Part shown: positions 1 to 10,764 of the stretch, piece after piece
Layout: every line of letters begins with the position of its first letter
Numbering within the stretch: position 1 is the stretch's first letter
DNA from: Terrimicrobiaceae bacterium
GTDB lineage: Bacteria; Verrucomicrobiota; Verrucomicrobiia; Chthoniobacterales; Terrimicrobiaceae
Direction: 5' to 3'
Assembly (NCBI GenBank): GCA_044342325.1
Contig: JBIIPZ010000001.1
Location: forward strand, 1 to 64,000
DNA: 64,000 nucleotides
The notes under the pieces: generated by a model
The model's input: only the letters and a program-made list of their open reading frames with translations
Database searches by the model: none
Told to the model about the DNA's origin: nothing
Made by a program: the position numbers and the translations under genes

Positions 1-3000
1 GGCGTTGATAATTTGGATGGAGGGGCCGGGGATGATTATTACATAATCAGTTCAGATCTTGATGCTATTAGTGATTTATCTGGAACGGATAGTGTTCAGT
101 CATCTCTTGATTACACGCTGGGAAGCGGAATGGAATGGCTGATCTTGAGTGGTTCTGCAACGCTTGGAGCGGGAAGTGCATTAGCAAACACACTTGTTGG
201 TCAGGCGGGAACGAATGATTCGCTCTTTGGCGATGCAGGTGCAGATAGCTTGTTCGGCAATGCTGGGAATAACACACTGGACGGAGGGGCAGACAACGAC
301 ACATTGGTATCTGGAAGCGGAACCGATAGTTTGATTGGTGGGGATGGGAATGACAGCCTCGTGGGAGGCACAGGGATAGACACATTCAGCGGCGGGGAAG
401 GGAATGATGTGATCGTGGTAGCCGATACGGGCGATGTGGTAGATGGCGGGAACGGAACAGACAGTGTTCAATCGCTTGTAAACTATACGCTTGCAGATGG
501 AAACAGTGTGGAGTGGTTGGTGCTGAACTCTGTTACAGCAACGGTGGGAGTTGGTAATTCGAGTGATAACACAATTGTAGGTGGAACGGGCGGGGATTCA
601 TTGGTTGGAGGTTTGGGGAACGATAGTTTGTTCGGCAATAACGGAACCAACACATTGGATGGCGGAGCAGGCAACGACACATTGGTTGGGGGAACGGTTG
701 CCGATAGTTTGATCGGCGGGGATGGGAATGACAGCCTTGTGGGAGGAGACGGAAACGACACGCTCAACGGAGGTGCTGGCGCGGATACATTGGATGGTGG
801 AACCGGTAGCGATTATTTTATTGTGACGGAAGCCGGTGATGTGGTGAATGACACCGGAGTTGGAACGGATAGTGTTTTTGCATCTGTTAACTATACACTG
901 GCAGATGGAAACAATGTAGAGTGGTTGATATTGAACTCGGTTTCCGCGACGCTTGGCGTGGGCAATTCGAGCAACAACACAATTGTGGGAGGATTGACGA
1001 CGGACGACTCGCTTCTGGGTGGGGCTGGAAACGATAGTCTCTTTGGACGCAACGGAAACAACACGCTGGATGGCGGGGATGGAAATGACACGCTTGTAGG
1101 TGGAGATAATAATGATTATTTGATAGTTAATTCGTTATTAGATTCTTTGAGTGCAGGGTTAGGCACAGATAGCGTGCTTTCAAATATTAACGCTTATACT
1201 TTAGAATCTGCCAGTAATGTCGAGTGGCTTATTTTTGGAAGCACTGTTACCTCCGGAACTGGTAACTCAAATGCCAACACACTTTTGGGTGGAAGTGGCA
1301 ATGACACGTTAGATGGTGGAGCGGGTGTCGATAGTCTTTTCGGTGGTGATGGAAATGACTACTACATAGTTGATAGTCCTGGAGATATTGTCAGTGATAC
1401 CCTTGGTGCGGCTGATAGTGTGCGTGCCGATGTCAATGGCTATACGCTGGCAGACACAAGCGGAGCGGAGTGGTTGATTTGGGGTAGTGCGAACACAATA
1501 GTATCTGGAACAGGAAACTCCTTAAATAATACATTAATCGGCAACGCATTTGGAAACACCCTGAACGGAAGCTTGGGTGCGGATAGCATGCTCGGCGGTG
1601 GGGGGAGTGACTACTATTTTGTTGATGACCTAGGGGACGTTGTTTTTGATAATGGTGTAGGTGCTACAGACAGTGACAGTGTTTATGCAACGGTCAATGG
1701 TTATGTGCTGGCTCCCAACAGTGGGATTGAGTGGCTTATTTTCGCTCCTGCAATCGGTAGCGCGACGGGTGATGACAATAACAACACCCTGGTTGGAAAT
1801 GCCGACAACAACACACTGAATGGTCGTGGCGGCAATGACAGCCTTGATGGTGGTGCCGGGAACGACACACTCATCGGAGGAGATGGAAATGACACAATTG
1901 TCGTAGATAGTCCCAACGACTCAGTCGATGGTGGAACCGGCGCGGATGTCGTAAGATCAAGCATCGATTACACGCTTTCTGGTGGCAACAATGTGGAGTG
2001 GTTGCTCCTAAGTCTACCAGCGGATCGCGGCATTGGAAATTCAGATGCCAACACCATCGTTGGTAACAGTCGGGATAACTGGTTGGAAGGCGGGGATGGG
2101 AATGACAGCCTCGATGGCGGTGCCGGAAATGACACGATGGTTGGTGGCGCTGGCAATGATACCCTGGTGGTGGATGCTCCTGGAGATTCAGTCGATGGTG
2201 GGGCTGATATTGATACAGTCCAGGCATCATTCAGTTATACACTGACCGATTCAGGCAATGTCGAGTGGTTGGTTCTCAGTGGTTCGGCCTCCTTCGGTAT
2301 CGGCAATTTATTGGACAACACACTTGTCGGAACATCCTCCGCTAATTCGCTCGATGGTCGAGACGGGAATGACAGTCTCTCTGGAGGCGGTGGAAATGAT
2401 ACCCTCGTGGGTGGAAACGGAAACGACACTCTTGTTTCAGATGTCTCAGGAACTGGCAATGACAGCCTCAGTGGCGGTGACGGCAACGACAGCCTACACG
2501 CCGGGAATGGAACCAATACGCTTAATGGTGGTGCTGGTGATGATACGCTCATCTCAGGAACTGGTAATGACAGCCTGAGTGGCGGAACTGGCAATGATAG
2601 CCTCAGCGCTGGGAATGGAAACAATACGCTTGATGGTGGTGCCGGCGATGACACGCTCGTCGGAGGAACTGGAAGCGACTACTACATCGTTGATTCGGCG
2701 TTCGATATCATCAGCGACTCAGGCACGGCGACGGATAGCGTTCGTTCCTCTGTCAATTATACACTTGATGCCGGCAGCGGAATCGAATGGCTCCTACTCG
2801 ATGGTTTAGCGAGGATCGGCGCGGGAAATGACTCCGCCAATACGCTTGTCGGAACGACTTCGGATGATTCCCTCTTCGGCGCAGGCGGAAATGATAGTAT
2901 ATTCGGTGGGAATGGCCATAACACGCTGAACGGCGGGGACGGCAACGATACCCTTGTCGGCGGAATAGGAAATGATCTCTACTTTGTTAATTCATCAGCA

Positions 3001-5829
3001 GATGTTGTAATCGATACAAGCGGAACTGACAGCGTTCAGGCGTCCTTTAATTTCACCCTTACGGACGCCAGCAACATCGAGTGGTTGATCTTGAGCGGAT
3101 TGGCAACCTTGGGCGGGGGAAACAGCCTCGCAAACACTCTGGTAGGCACCACTGCCAACGAATCACTCTTTGGGGCTGCTGGAAACGACAGCATATTCGG
3201 TGGCGGCGGAAACGATACGCTGGATGGAGGCATAGGAAACGATTCTCTCGCGGGCGGGACAGGGAATGACTACTACATTGTTGATTCTTCCTCGGATATT
3301 ATTAGTGATGATGGGGGCGCTGCAGACAGCGTCGAGGCCCGATTCAATTACACACTCGGAGCTTCCAGCGGAATCGAGTGGCTTATTCTTCGCAACGGCG
3401 CGACCTTGGGAGTTGGCAACAGTCTCGATAATACGCTCGTTGGCGATACCACGAGCGAAAGCCTGAATGGCGGCGACGGCAACGACAGCATCTTCGGTGG
3501 AGGAGGAAACGACACTCTCAACGGTGGCTCAGGCAACGACTCTTTGACCGGCGGCGCTGGCAATGACTACTACATCGTTGATTCCTCATCGGACAACATC
3601 TCAGACACGAACGGAACCGACAGCGTTCTTTCCTCGGTCAATTTTACACTGGGTGCTACGAGCGGAATCGAATGGCTCATACTCACTGGAGCAGCAACGC
3701 TTGGCGTAGGAAACACTGACAACAACACACTTGTTGGCGCGGGTAACAATGACTCTCTCTCCGGCGGCGGTGGTAATGACAGCCTGAATGGAAACACAGG
3801 CTCGGATACTCTGCTTGGTGCCTCAGGCAGCGATACTCTGGATGGCGGTGCCGGCATCGACTCCATGGTTGGTGGAGATGGTAATGATTTCTACATTGTC
3901 TCGGATTCTGGAGATATCATCACGGAATTGGCTCTCGAGGGCACAGATACGGTTACGATCAATTACTCTGGCTACACGCTTGCGGCAAATCTCGAAGCGC
4001 TCGTTCTGGTTGGAACCGCATCGCTCGGTTCTGGAAATTCAGAAAACAACTCCATCACAGGAAATAGCGTCAGCAGTTCGCTGGCAGGTGCGGGCGGCAA
4101 CGACACGATCTGGGGTGGCGTGGGTAACGACACCTTGAATGGCGGCACCGGAAGCGACTCCCTCATCGGTGGTGCCGGTAATGATTACTATTTCTTGGAT
4201 GACGCTAACGACATTGTTTCGGAAAGCACTGGCGTGGATACAGTATTTGCCGATTTTTCAGGCAATTACACCCTTTTGTCTGGAGTGGAAAACTTGGTTT
4301 TTGGAAACAACATCGCCAAAGGAACCGGAAACACCTCCAATAACTCAATCACAGGAAATGCCAGTGCAAATACATTGGATGGAGCGACAGGCATCGACAC
4401 CCTCATCGGCGGCAATGGAAATGACTTCTATATTATTTATAGCGCTAATGACTTTGTGATAGAGAGTCTTGCGGATACGCTTACGGGAGGTTTTGATACA
4501 GTCCAGTTTATGTTTGATGGCATGGTCAGATTTCAAAATGTGGAACGCTATCTGGATAAAAATGGCGCTGTCATTTCAGTCGGTGACTCCAGAGCCAATT
4601 ACCTCATTGGATCATCGGGTGTCGATACGATCGATGGAGGCGCTGGAGCGGATACCATGGAGGGGCTTGCAGGTAATGACTATTATATCGTTGACAACTT
4701 AGGCGATAGGGTCATTGAGAGCGCTGGCAACGGCGTGGATAGCGTCGAAGCGAATGTTATTTCTTATACTCTGGCTTCACAAGTGGAGTATCTCATTCTT
4801 GGACTTCCAAATGGAATCACTGGAATAGGGAATGCCTCGGATAACACGCTTGTTGGTAATTCCAGGTCAAACTCCTTGAGCGGGCTTGCAGGCAACGATT
4901 CTCTATTCGGTGGTGGAGGCAACGATACAATCAATGGCGGATTAGGAAGAGATACAATGGTCGGAGGCTCTGGGAACGATTATTTCGTGGTGAGTGAAGC
5001 TGCCGATGTCGTTGTTCGTGGCACGGGAACGGATGGAATTATCGCCCAGTATGATTACACACTCTCAAGCGACTTTAATATTCTCGTTCTGGATGGAAGC
5101 GTAGCCTTGAATGGGCTGCGTGGTAATGGCAATTCGGGAAACAATACAATCACCGGCAGCATATACAGCGATACACTCAATGGTAATGGCGGCGAGGATC
5201 GCCTTGTAGGGCTCATCGGCAACGATTACTACATCGTCGATAGCACTGGAGATGTTGTCGTGGAGGTTGCATCTGCCGGCATCGATACCATCGAGTCGCG
5301 TTTGTTAACCTACACGCTGGGAAACAACTTTGAAAGTCTGGTTCTGGGCTCAGGCGCAGCTTCTGGTGTTGGAAATTCTCTTAATAATACTTTAGCTGGA
5401 AATACAGAAAACAACTACCTAAGCGGCGCAGCAGGTCGCGACTCGCTTTTTGGAGGAGATGGCAATGACACCCTTCTTGGTGCGCTGGCCATATCCACAG
5501 GAGGCCGTGGTGAAATCGATACGCTTACCGGCGGCGCCGGAAATGATATCTTCATTCTGGGAACAAAGGCTGGATATCTATATAATGACTCCAATACCAA
5601 ACTTCTTGGAATAACGGATTATGCCTACATTACGGACTTTTTATCTGGTTCCGACAAACTTCAACTGAGTGGAACAGCGGCAAATTATAGACTCGGAGCT
5701 CACACGGTTTCCGGGTTGACTGCGCACCAAGGTCTTTTCCGTGAATTGGGAATTACGGATGAATTAATAGCTATCATTCAAGGTTCTCCTATCGCCGTCT
5801 TGAATACCAACACCGTCAACTGGGTTTAA
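1..5829 (+). CDS. Giant RTX (hemolysin-type Ca-binding) repeat surface protein, 5'-partial
   Basis: Frame is open from base 1 ([12 protein letters not shown]...). Dozens of GGxGxDxLx nonapeptides alternate with YTL...EWLIL...GxGN modules. The C-terminus ([13 protein letters not shown]...DELIAIIQG) is typical of T1SS substrates. Confidence 0.93.
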   Translation, partial: GVDNLDGGAGDDYYIISSDLDAISDLSGTDSVQSSLDYTLGSGMEWLILSGSATLGAGSALANTLVGQAGTNDSLFGDAGADSLFGNAGNNTLDGGADNDTLVSGSGTDSLIGGDGNDSLVGGTGIDTFSGGEGNDVIVVADTGDVVDGGNGTDSVQSLVNYTLADGNSVEWLVLNSVTATVGVGNSSDNTIVGGTGGDSLVGGLGNDSLFGNNGTNTLDGGAGNDTLVGGTVADSLIGGDGNDSLVGGDGNDTLNGGAGADTLDGGTGSDYFIVTEAGDVVNDTGVGTDSVFASVNYTLADGNNVEWLILNSVSATLGVGNSSNNTIVGGLTTDDSLLGGAGNDSLFGRNGNNTLDGGDGNDTLVGGDNNDYLIVNSLLDSLSAGLGTDSVLSNINAYTLESASNVEWLIFGSTVTSGTGNSNANTLLGGSGNDTLDGGAGVDSLFGGDGNDYYIVDSPGDIVSDTLGAADSVRADVNGYTLADTSGAEWLIWGSANTIVSGTGNSLNNTLIGNAFGNTLNGSLGADSMLGGGGSDYYFVDDLGDVVFDNGVGATDSDSVYATVNGYVLAPNSGIEWLIFAPAIGSATGDDNNNTLVGNADNNTLNGRGGNDSLDGGAGNDTLIGGDGNDTIVVDSPNDSVDGGTGADVVRSSIDYTLSGGNNVEWLLLSLPADRGIGNSDANTIVGNSRDNWLEGGDGNDSLDGGAGNDTMVGGAGNDTLVVDAPGDSVDGGADIDTVQASFSYTLTDSGNVEWLVLSGSASFGIGNLLDNTLVGTSSANSLDGRDGNDSLSGGGGNDTLVGGNGNDTLVSDVSGTGNDSLSGGDGNDSLHAGNGTNTLNGGAGDDTLISGTGNDSLSGGTGNDSLSAGNGNNTLDGGAGDDTLVGGTGSDYYIVDSAFDIISDSGTATDSVRSSVNYTLDAGSGIEWLLLDGLARIGAGNDSANTLVGTTSDDSLFGAGGNDSIFGGNGHNTLNGGDGNDTLVGGIGNDLYFVNSSADVVIDTSGTDSVQASFNFTLTDASNIEWLILSGLATLGGGNSLANTLVGTTANESLFGAAGNDSIFGGGGNDTLDGGIGNDSLAGGTGNDYYIVDSSSDIISDDGGAADSVEARFNYTLGASSGIEWLILRNGATLGVGNSLDNTLVGDTTSESLNGGDGNDSIFGGGGNDTLNGGSGNDSLTGGAGNDYYIVDSSSDNISDTNGTDSVLSSVNFTLGATSGIEWLILTGAATLGVGNTDNNTLVGAGNNDSLSGGGGNDSLNGNTGSDTLLGASGSDTLDGGAGIDSMVGGDGNDFYIVSDSGDIITELALEGTDTVTINYSGYTLAANLEALVLVGTASLGSGNSENNSITGNSVSSSLAGAGGNDTIWGGVGNDTLNGGTGSDSLIGGAGNDYYFLDDANDIVSESTGVDTVFADFSGNYTLLSGVENLVFGNNIAKGTGNTSNNSITGNASANTLDGATGIDTLIGGNGNDFYIIYSANDFVIESLADTLTGGFDTVQFMFDGMVRFQNVERYLDKNGAVISVGDSRANYLIGSSGVDTIDGGAGADTMEGLAGNDYYIVDNLGDRVIESAGNGVDSVEANVISYTLASQVEYLILGLPNGITGIGNASDNTLVGNSRSNSLSGLAGNDSLFGGGGNDTINGGLGRDTMVGGSGNDYFVVSEAADVVVRGTGTDGIIAQYDYTLSSDFNILVLDGSVALNGLRGNGNSGNNTITGSIYSDTLNGNGGEDRLVGLIGNDYYIVDSTGDVVVEVASAGIDTIESRLLTYTLGNNFESLVLGSGAASGVGNSLNNTLAGNTENNYLSGAAGRDSLFGGDGNDTLLGALAISTGGRGEIDTLTGGAGNDIFILGTKAGYLYNDSNTKLLGITDYAYITDFLSGSDKLQLSGTAANYRLGAHTVSGLTAHQGLFRELGITDELIAIIQGSPIAVLNTNTVNWV

Positions 5830-5856
5830 AAAAGTTTTCTCAAACAAAAAAATGTC

Positions 5857-5883
5857 TAAAGTTTCTAAAACATCAGTCGATTG
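5857..5883 (+). promoter_or_regulatory. sigma28 (FliA)-type promoter of fliD
   Basis: TAAAGTTT-N11-GTCGATTG versus consensus TAAAGTTT-N11-GCCGATAA. Ends 7 nt before the fliD ATG. Confidence 0.8.
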
Positions 5884-5890
5884 AGATATT

Positions 5891-7861
5891 ATGGGAATGG
5901 CATTATCAGGTTTGGCATCGGGCTTTGATTGGAAGTCCATTGTTGATCAACTTATCGAAGTCAGTCGCGCTCCGCAGAATCGCATGCGGACTGAAAAAAA
6001 CACCAACGCTTCAAAGTCGAGCGCCGTCAATGACATCAAGGGTCTTCTCTCCACTCTTAAGACCAGCATCAGTTCGCTCGCAACCGAAGAGTCGCTCTAC
6101 AAAAAAGTCGTCACATTCAAAGACGCCTCCACAAACTGGAAAGCTACCGCATCCAAAGATACGCCCGTCGGAGATTACAAATTTAATCTTCTGAGCGAAG
6201 CCACGGCGTCCAAATTGACTGGTGCGTCTAATTTGGTGGCGCCGCTGGATGCTTCGACAACGATTTCCGCTCTCTCAGTCGGTCGGGCGATTAAAGGTGG
6301 GACTTTCCTGGTCAATGGCAATCCAATAACCGTTGATACCACGCAGCCCTTGCAGAGTGTCATTGATCAATTTGCGAGCGCTGGAGTGACCGCCATTCTT
6401 AAAGATGGTCAAATTGAATTGCAATCTGATAAACCGATTGCTCTTGGTGCTCCAAATGATACGAGTAATTTCCTGCAGGCCCTGCGTCTTTCCGGATCGG
6501 GAGTTTTAACTGTTATAAATGATCCTATTGATCCTAGTGATGACAGTTATACAGTTCGCAGTGGGCATTCGAGTTTTGGCGCCACTACAGGTGTTCCTGC
6601 TGCTGACATAGTCTTTCCATCCGGTCACGGGCTTAAGATCGGTGATCAGATTGCGGTGGATTTGGCTTCCGGTGAGGGATCGGGATTAAATTCAGGAGAC
6701 ACCTACCATGTGGTTGCGGTCAGTGGAAACAATGTTCAGCTTTCATCAACTTCTGGAGGTGCTGCCGAAACGATCACCAGCGCTATAACCTCGGCATCAA
6801 AATTCAGTCGTTTAAACTCGCTGGCAGCACCAGCGTTAAATGTGCCTCTGAGCTCAGCTGGTTTTTCTGGGAGCATTACCAGTGGACCTCTCCAGCTTTC
6901 AATCAATGGGGTGTCTATCGATTACAATGCTGATAGTGACACTGTTCAAACCATCCTTGATAAAATCAATAAATCAGATGCTGGAGTTACGGCTATTTAC
7001 GACCTCGCCCAAGGAGCCTTCTCTTTGACAAATAAAACAACCGGAGATGTCGGTATCTCTGTCGTTGACAACGGGACCCTTGCTGTGGCTCTTGGCCTCA
7101 AAACCGGAAAAACAGTCAACGGCAGCGACGCCACATTCTCTGTGAACGGCGGCGGCATACTTACGAGCCGCAGCAATATTTTGGACGAAACCGCACACGG
7201 CATCAAAGGGCTTAGCGTCACGGCGAATAAAATCGGTGAACAACCCCTCACTGTGGCCGGCGATTACACGGCCGCCAAAGATTCCCTGAACGACTTCATT
7301 ACCAAATACAACGCCGTTCAAAATGCCATTGAGAAATACACCAAAGTCACGGTCGCCGGCGACAAGGTCTCCTCGGCGATTCTGGCTGGGAATCGCGAGT
7401 TGGCTTCTCTTTCGCGTTCCATGAGAACCATGCTTTATCAGGCTGGCAATGGAATCACCGGCAGCGTTCAGCGTCTCTCGGATCTTGGAATCAATTTTGC
7501 CGGCATCGAGCCAACGATTTCCCTGACGAAATCCAGCGCATTGGAGTCCAAACTTGCATCATCGGCTGATGATATTTATAATTATTTCTCCTCTGCTGAT
7601 GAAGGCTTGATCGACCGTCTTGATAAGCTTTTAAGCAGCTATGTCTCCGACTCAGGCGGTGCTGCTGGCGGATTGAAAGCGCAACTCGACAGCATCACTA
7701 ATCAGAATAAAAGCCTCGATAAGCAAATCGAAGATGTCGAGCGGCGTTTAGCCTCACAGCGTTCCTTGCTTGAGAGTTCCTTTATCGCCATGGAGCGGGC
7801 GCAGTCTGGCTTTCAGCAACAATCGGCCTACCTCGCAAAAACCTTCAACAACTCAAAATAA
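5891..7861 (+). CDS. fliD: Flagellar filament cap protein (HAP2)
   Basis: N-terminal LSGLASGFDWKSIVDQLIE and C-terminal coiled coil (LDKQIEDVERRL...FIAMERAQSGFQQQSAYL). Upstream of fliS. Confidence 0.92.
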   Translation: MGMALSGLASGFDWKSIVDQLIEVSRAPQNRMRTEKNTNASKSSAVNDIKGLLSTLKTSISSLATEESLYKKVVTFKDASTNWKATASKDTPVGDYKFNLLSEATASKLTGASNLVAPLDASTTISALSVGRAIKGGTFLVNGNPITVDTTQPLQSVIDQFASAGVTAILKDGQIELQSDKPIALGAPNDTSNFLQALRLSGSGVLTVINDPIDPSDDSYTVRSGHSSFGATTGVPAADIVFPSGHGLKIGDQIAVDLASGEGSGLNSGDTYHVVAVSGNNVQLSSTSGGAAETITSAITSASKFSRLNSLAAPALNVPLSSAGFSGSITSGPLQLSINGVSIDYNADSDTVQTILDKINKSDAGVTAIYDLAQGAFSLTNKTTGDVGISVVDNGTLAVALGLKTGKTVNGSDATFSVNGGGILTSRSNILDETAHGIKGLSVTANKIGEQPLTVAGDYTAAKDSLNDFITKYNAVQNAIEKYTKVTVAGDKVSSAILAGNRELASLSRSMRTMLYQAGNGITGSVQRLSDLGINFAGIEPTISLTKSSALESKLASSADDIYNYFSSADEGLIDRLDKLLSSYVSDSGGAAGGLKAQLDSITNQNKSLDKQIEDVERRLASQRSLLESSFIAMERAQSGFQQQSAYLAKTFNNSK

Positions 7862-7865
7862 TCAC

Positions 7866-7892
7866 TAAAGTTTTTTCGAGTTTATCCGATAG
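7866..7892 (+). promoter_or_regulatory. Second sigma28-type promoter
   Basis: TAAAGTTT-N11-TCCGATAG immediately after the fliD stop. Confidence 0.8.
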
Positions 7893-7955
7893 TCCGACTT
7901 ATAAAGAAATTTTTCAAACAACTAATTCAAACCAACACTCAGAAGGAGAAATAAA

Positions 7956-8339
7956 ATGAATAACGTGCACCCCATCCTGCCACAAACCTCACCGGTTTGG
8001 CCAGAAGTCAACGCGGCGACTGCAAAAAACAACATGTCATCGCCACAAGTCGGAGCCACCGAGCTTCCTATCCGCGACTCAGTCATTGCCACAGGTAAAG
8101 TCGAGTTGCTTAACAAAAAATCCGTCACCGATAGCTTGGAAGCTCCGCATCGTGAAATGGTGCGGGAGTGGCAAAATAGCCAGACCGAGGTGCGTCCTGG
8201 TCAGGTTACCAAAGCCATCAATTGGAATCTCGATCCGACTTATCCCTCTTTGAATGTCTTAAATGGCATTGCCTCGATGCTTGTTGGGTCGGTGCTCAAC
8301 GATTCCGGGTCAAATCTCAAGGGTCAAATCACCCCTTAA
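7956..8339 (+). CDS. Hypothetical protein, possibly a divergent FlaG-like protein
   Basis: AAGGAG SD, sigma28 promoter and position between fliD and fliS. C-terminal YPSLNVLNGIASMLVGSVLND loosely recalls the FlaG IPxEEVL..A...G.L.D end. Confidence 0.55.
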   Translation: MNNVHPILPQTSPVWPEVNAATAKNNMSSPQVGATELPIRDSVIATGKVELLNKKSVTDSLEAPHREMVREWQNSQTEVRPGQVTKAINWNLDPTYPSLNVLNGIASMLVGSVLNDSGSNLKGQITP

Positions 8340-8391
8340 AAACTGTTGAAATTCTCTTTGGCTATTATACTTTAGTTGAAATTTCACCGTT

Positions 8392-8835
8392 TTGAAATCC
8401 AATAATCCTCTCAATATCTATCGAAAAACAGCTGCGACAACGGCGTCACCGGGCGAGTTAGTCCTGATGCTTTTCGATGGAGCCTTGCGCTTCATGGCAG
8501 CTGCGGAGTTGGGTTTCAATGAGGAAAATTTTGCACGCCAAAACGAGCAGATTCACAATAACATTCAGCGCACGCAAGCAATCATCACGGAGCTGCAAGC
8601 CACGCTGAACATGGAGAAAGGTGGAGAGTTTTCTGAGAACCTTTACCGCTTGTATGACTTCATGCAGGAGCATCTCAATCAAGCTAACCGCGAAAAAAGC
8701 CGCGAAAAAATCAAGACAGTGGCGGCCTTCATGCAGGATATTCGCGATGCATGGTCCCAAATGCTGCTTCAGACTGCAGCAGAGCAAGCCGGGGCTGCTG
8801 GTGTCCCAGCTCATGGCCTCGGCGCGAAATGCTGA
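8392..8835 (+). CDS. fliS: Flagellin export chaperone
   Basis: TASPGELVLMLFDGALRF, IITELQATLNME.GGE...NLYRLYDF and IRDAW motifs. TTG start. Confidence 0.93.
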   Translation: MKSNNPLNIYRKTAATTASPGELVLMLFDGALRFMAAAELGFNEENFARQNEQIHNNIQRTQAIITELQATLNMEKGGEFSENLYRLYDFMQEHLNQANREKSREKIKTVAAFMQDIRDAWSQMLLQTAAEQAGAAGVPAHGLGAKC

Positions 8836-9245
8836 TTAGAAAAACTCAGCCGAAAGCCGAAGAGGGCTTGCCGGATCGCTTAGAGCGACTCTTGTCCCTC
8901 TACGAAAAAAACCTCCGCTTGGAGGTTTTTTTTATTGAGAGAAAAGATATCGAAAGCCTCTTGGATATTTTGCCCGCGCAGGGAGACTTGATCAACGCAC
9001 TGACTCCCATGCTTTCCGATTTGCGTCTTCCTCCCACTATGGCCGAGGCACTGCAGAAGCGCCTCGAGGCGGCAGATGCTCTGCGCGAATCCAATAAGCA
9101 GGCTTTGGATCAAGCCATGCAGGAGGTGAGTGTGGAATTGGAGCAAATGAACGGTGCCCGTCAGCGCATTCGCCAAGTGCGCCAACTTTCCAAGTCCATG
9201 TATCAAGAACCAAGCGCCCCCGCTCGCTTGCAAAATTGGGCTTAG
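8829..9245 (+). CDS. FlgN/FliT-like helical flagellar chaperone
   Basis: ATG at 8829 overlaps the end of fliS. All-helical, with a D...LL...Q..LI..L and NKQAL pattern, in the usual fliT slot. Confidence 0.6.
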   Translation: MLIRKTQPKAEEGLPDRLERLLSLYEKNLRLEVFFIERKDIESLLDILPAQGDLINALTPMLSDLRLPPTMAEALQKRLEAADALRESNKQALDQAMQEVSVELEQMNGARQRIRQVRQLSKSMYQEPSAPARLQNWA

Positions 9246-9340
9246 TCAGAATCCGTTTTCTGGTTCAATTCACTTTTCATTAGTATTTTAAATTTTTTAT
9301 CGTCTTTCGCGTCTTCTCGCTTTTGCGGGAGAGAACTTTT

Positions 9341-10216
9341 ATGAACCAACCTCCACTACGCATCGGAATTACGATTGGTGATCCTGCAGGTATTGGTCTG
9401 GAAGTCATGCACGCTGCCTTGGGCTCTATGGAAATCGCTGCCGAATGCGGTGTGGAGTTGATTGGTTCAAAGGTGGGTCACATACCGGGCAAACCGACGG
9501 GTGCTTCAGCGCTCGCGGCTCTGGAGGCGATGGAGGAGGCGGCGCGCCGCTTGCTGGCTGGTGAAATCCAGGCTGTGGTGACCGGGCCTGTCTGCAAGCA
9601 TGCTCTGCATCGCGTGGGATTTGAATTTCCAGGTCAGACCGAGTTTTTTGCGGCTAGGGCTGGGGTGGAGGATTTTGCCATGTGCCTAACTGGTGGAGCG
9701 CTGACTGTGGCCCTTGTGACGGCGCATGTGCCGCTGGCTCGAGTCGCTTCGTTGCTGAGTTTGGATGAAATCGTGAGGGTTGGTCGCTTGTTGCAGGATT
9801 TTTTGATTCTGAGAGGCAAGAAAAATCCTCGTATTGCGGTGGCTGGGTTAAATCCTCATGCGGGCGAGCAGGGTGACATGGGGCGCGAGGAAATCGATAT
9901 CATCGCACCTGCGGTGGCCTGTTTAAGCCAGATGGGGAACTTTGTCGGGCCACTACCGCCGGATACGCTTTTTCACAGGGCCGTGGAGGGGGATTTTGAC
10001 GGAGTGCTCTGCATGTATCACGACCAGGGGTTGATCCCGCTCAAGCTGCACGCGTTTCATGAAGGTGTGAATGTCACGCTCGGCTTGCCATTTATTCGCA
10101 CGAGTCCCGATCATGGCACGGCTTTTGATATCGCGGGTCGAGGCGTTGCGAGGCCTGATAGCATGAGGCACGCGATTCGACTCGCGGTGGAATTGGCGAT
10201 GGCGCGCTTGGTTTAG
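9341..10216 (+). CDS. pdxA: 4-hydroxythreonine-4-phosphate dehydrogenase
   Basis: GDPAGIG, GLNPHAGE, MYHDQGLIP and RTSPDHGTAFDIAG motifs. Confidence 0.95.
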   Translation: MNQPPLRIGITIGDPAGIGLEVMHAALGSMEIAAECGVELIGSKVGHIPGKPTGASALAALEAMEEAARRLLAGEIQAVVTGPVCKHALHRVGFEFPGQTEFFAARAGVEDFAMCLTGGALTVALVTAHVPLARVASLLSLDEIVRVGRLLQDFLILRGKKNPRIAVAGLNPHAGEQGDMGREEIDIIAPAVACLSQMGNFVGPLPPDTLFHRAVEGDFDGVLCMYHDQGLIPLKLHAFHEGVNVTLGLPFIRTSPDHGTAFDIAGRGVARPDSMRHAIRLAVELAMARLV

Positions 10217-10764
10217 GCGACCGGACGGATGAGGCGCTGGATGTCATCCGCGAAATCCATGCGGTCTTCTGGAACGGCGCGGTCGATGTAGAGGATACCC
10301 TGGGTGTGGTCGAGTTCGTGCAGGACGGCACGGGCGAGGAGGCCGTCGGCTTCGAATTCGATCGGCGATCCATCGAGGCCAAGCGCTTTGACGCGAACCG
10401 AGAGTTGGCGTGAGACATTGGCCGAGAGTTCTGGGAAGCTCAGGCAGCCTTCGCTCTCGGTGTGAACTCGTCCGAAGGTCTCCACCTCGGCGTTGAGGAT
10501 CACCAGGGGCATGAGGGACTCGAAATCGGCCCGCTTGCCGCCGATGCGCATGGCGCTGGGGCGCTTTTTCATTTGAGGCACATCGAGGACGAACATCTGC
10601 AGCGGCATGCCGACTTGCTGAGCGGCGAGTCCCAAGCCCTCGGCTTCCCGCATGGTCTCGATCATGTCCACAGCGAGTTGGCGGATGGAGTCGTCAATCT
10701 GGTCGATTCGGGCTCCTGGCGTGCGGAGAGCAGGATGGTCAAAAGTGGTGATTTCGAGGATCAT
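10213..10764 (-). CDS. def: Peptide deformylase
   Basis: GLGLAAQQVG, EGCLS and HELDH motifs. Confidence 0.95.
   Translation of the reverse strand: MILEITTFDHPALRTPGARIDQIDDSIRQLAVDMIETMREAEGLGLAAQQVGMPLQMFVLDVPQMKKRPSAMRIGGKRADFESLMPLVILNAEVETFGRVHTESEGCLSFPELSANVSRQLSVRVKALGLDGSPIEFEADGLLARAVLHELDHTQGILYIDRAVPEDRMDFADDIQRLIRPVA

Noticed and set aside
1..5829. RTX repeats as a CRISPR array or DNA repeat element; RTX protein as a giant flagellin
   Set aside because: The repeats are degenerate, in-frame coding repeats, and no flagellin C-terminal helical domain is present.
8751..8828. Track start sites that extend ORFs upstream (also 11291, 37260, 37637, 48329, 55995, 61296, 62902)
   Set aside because: The extensions overlap neighbouring genes or leaders and precede the family N-terminal motifs, so downstream starts were used.
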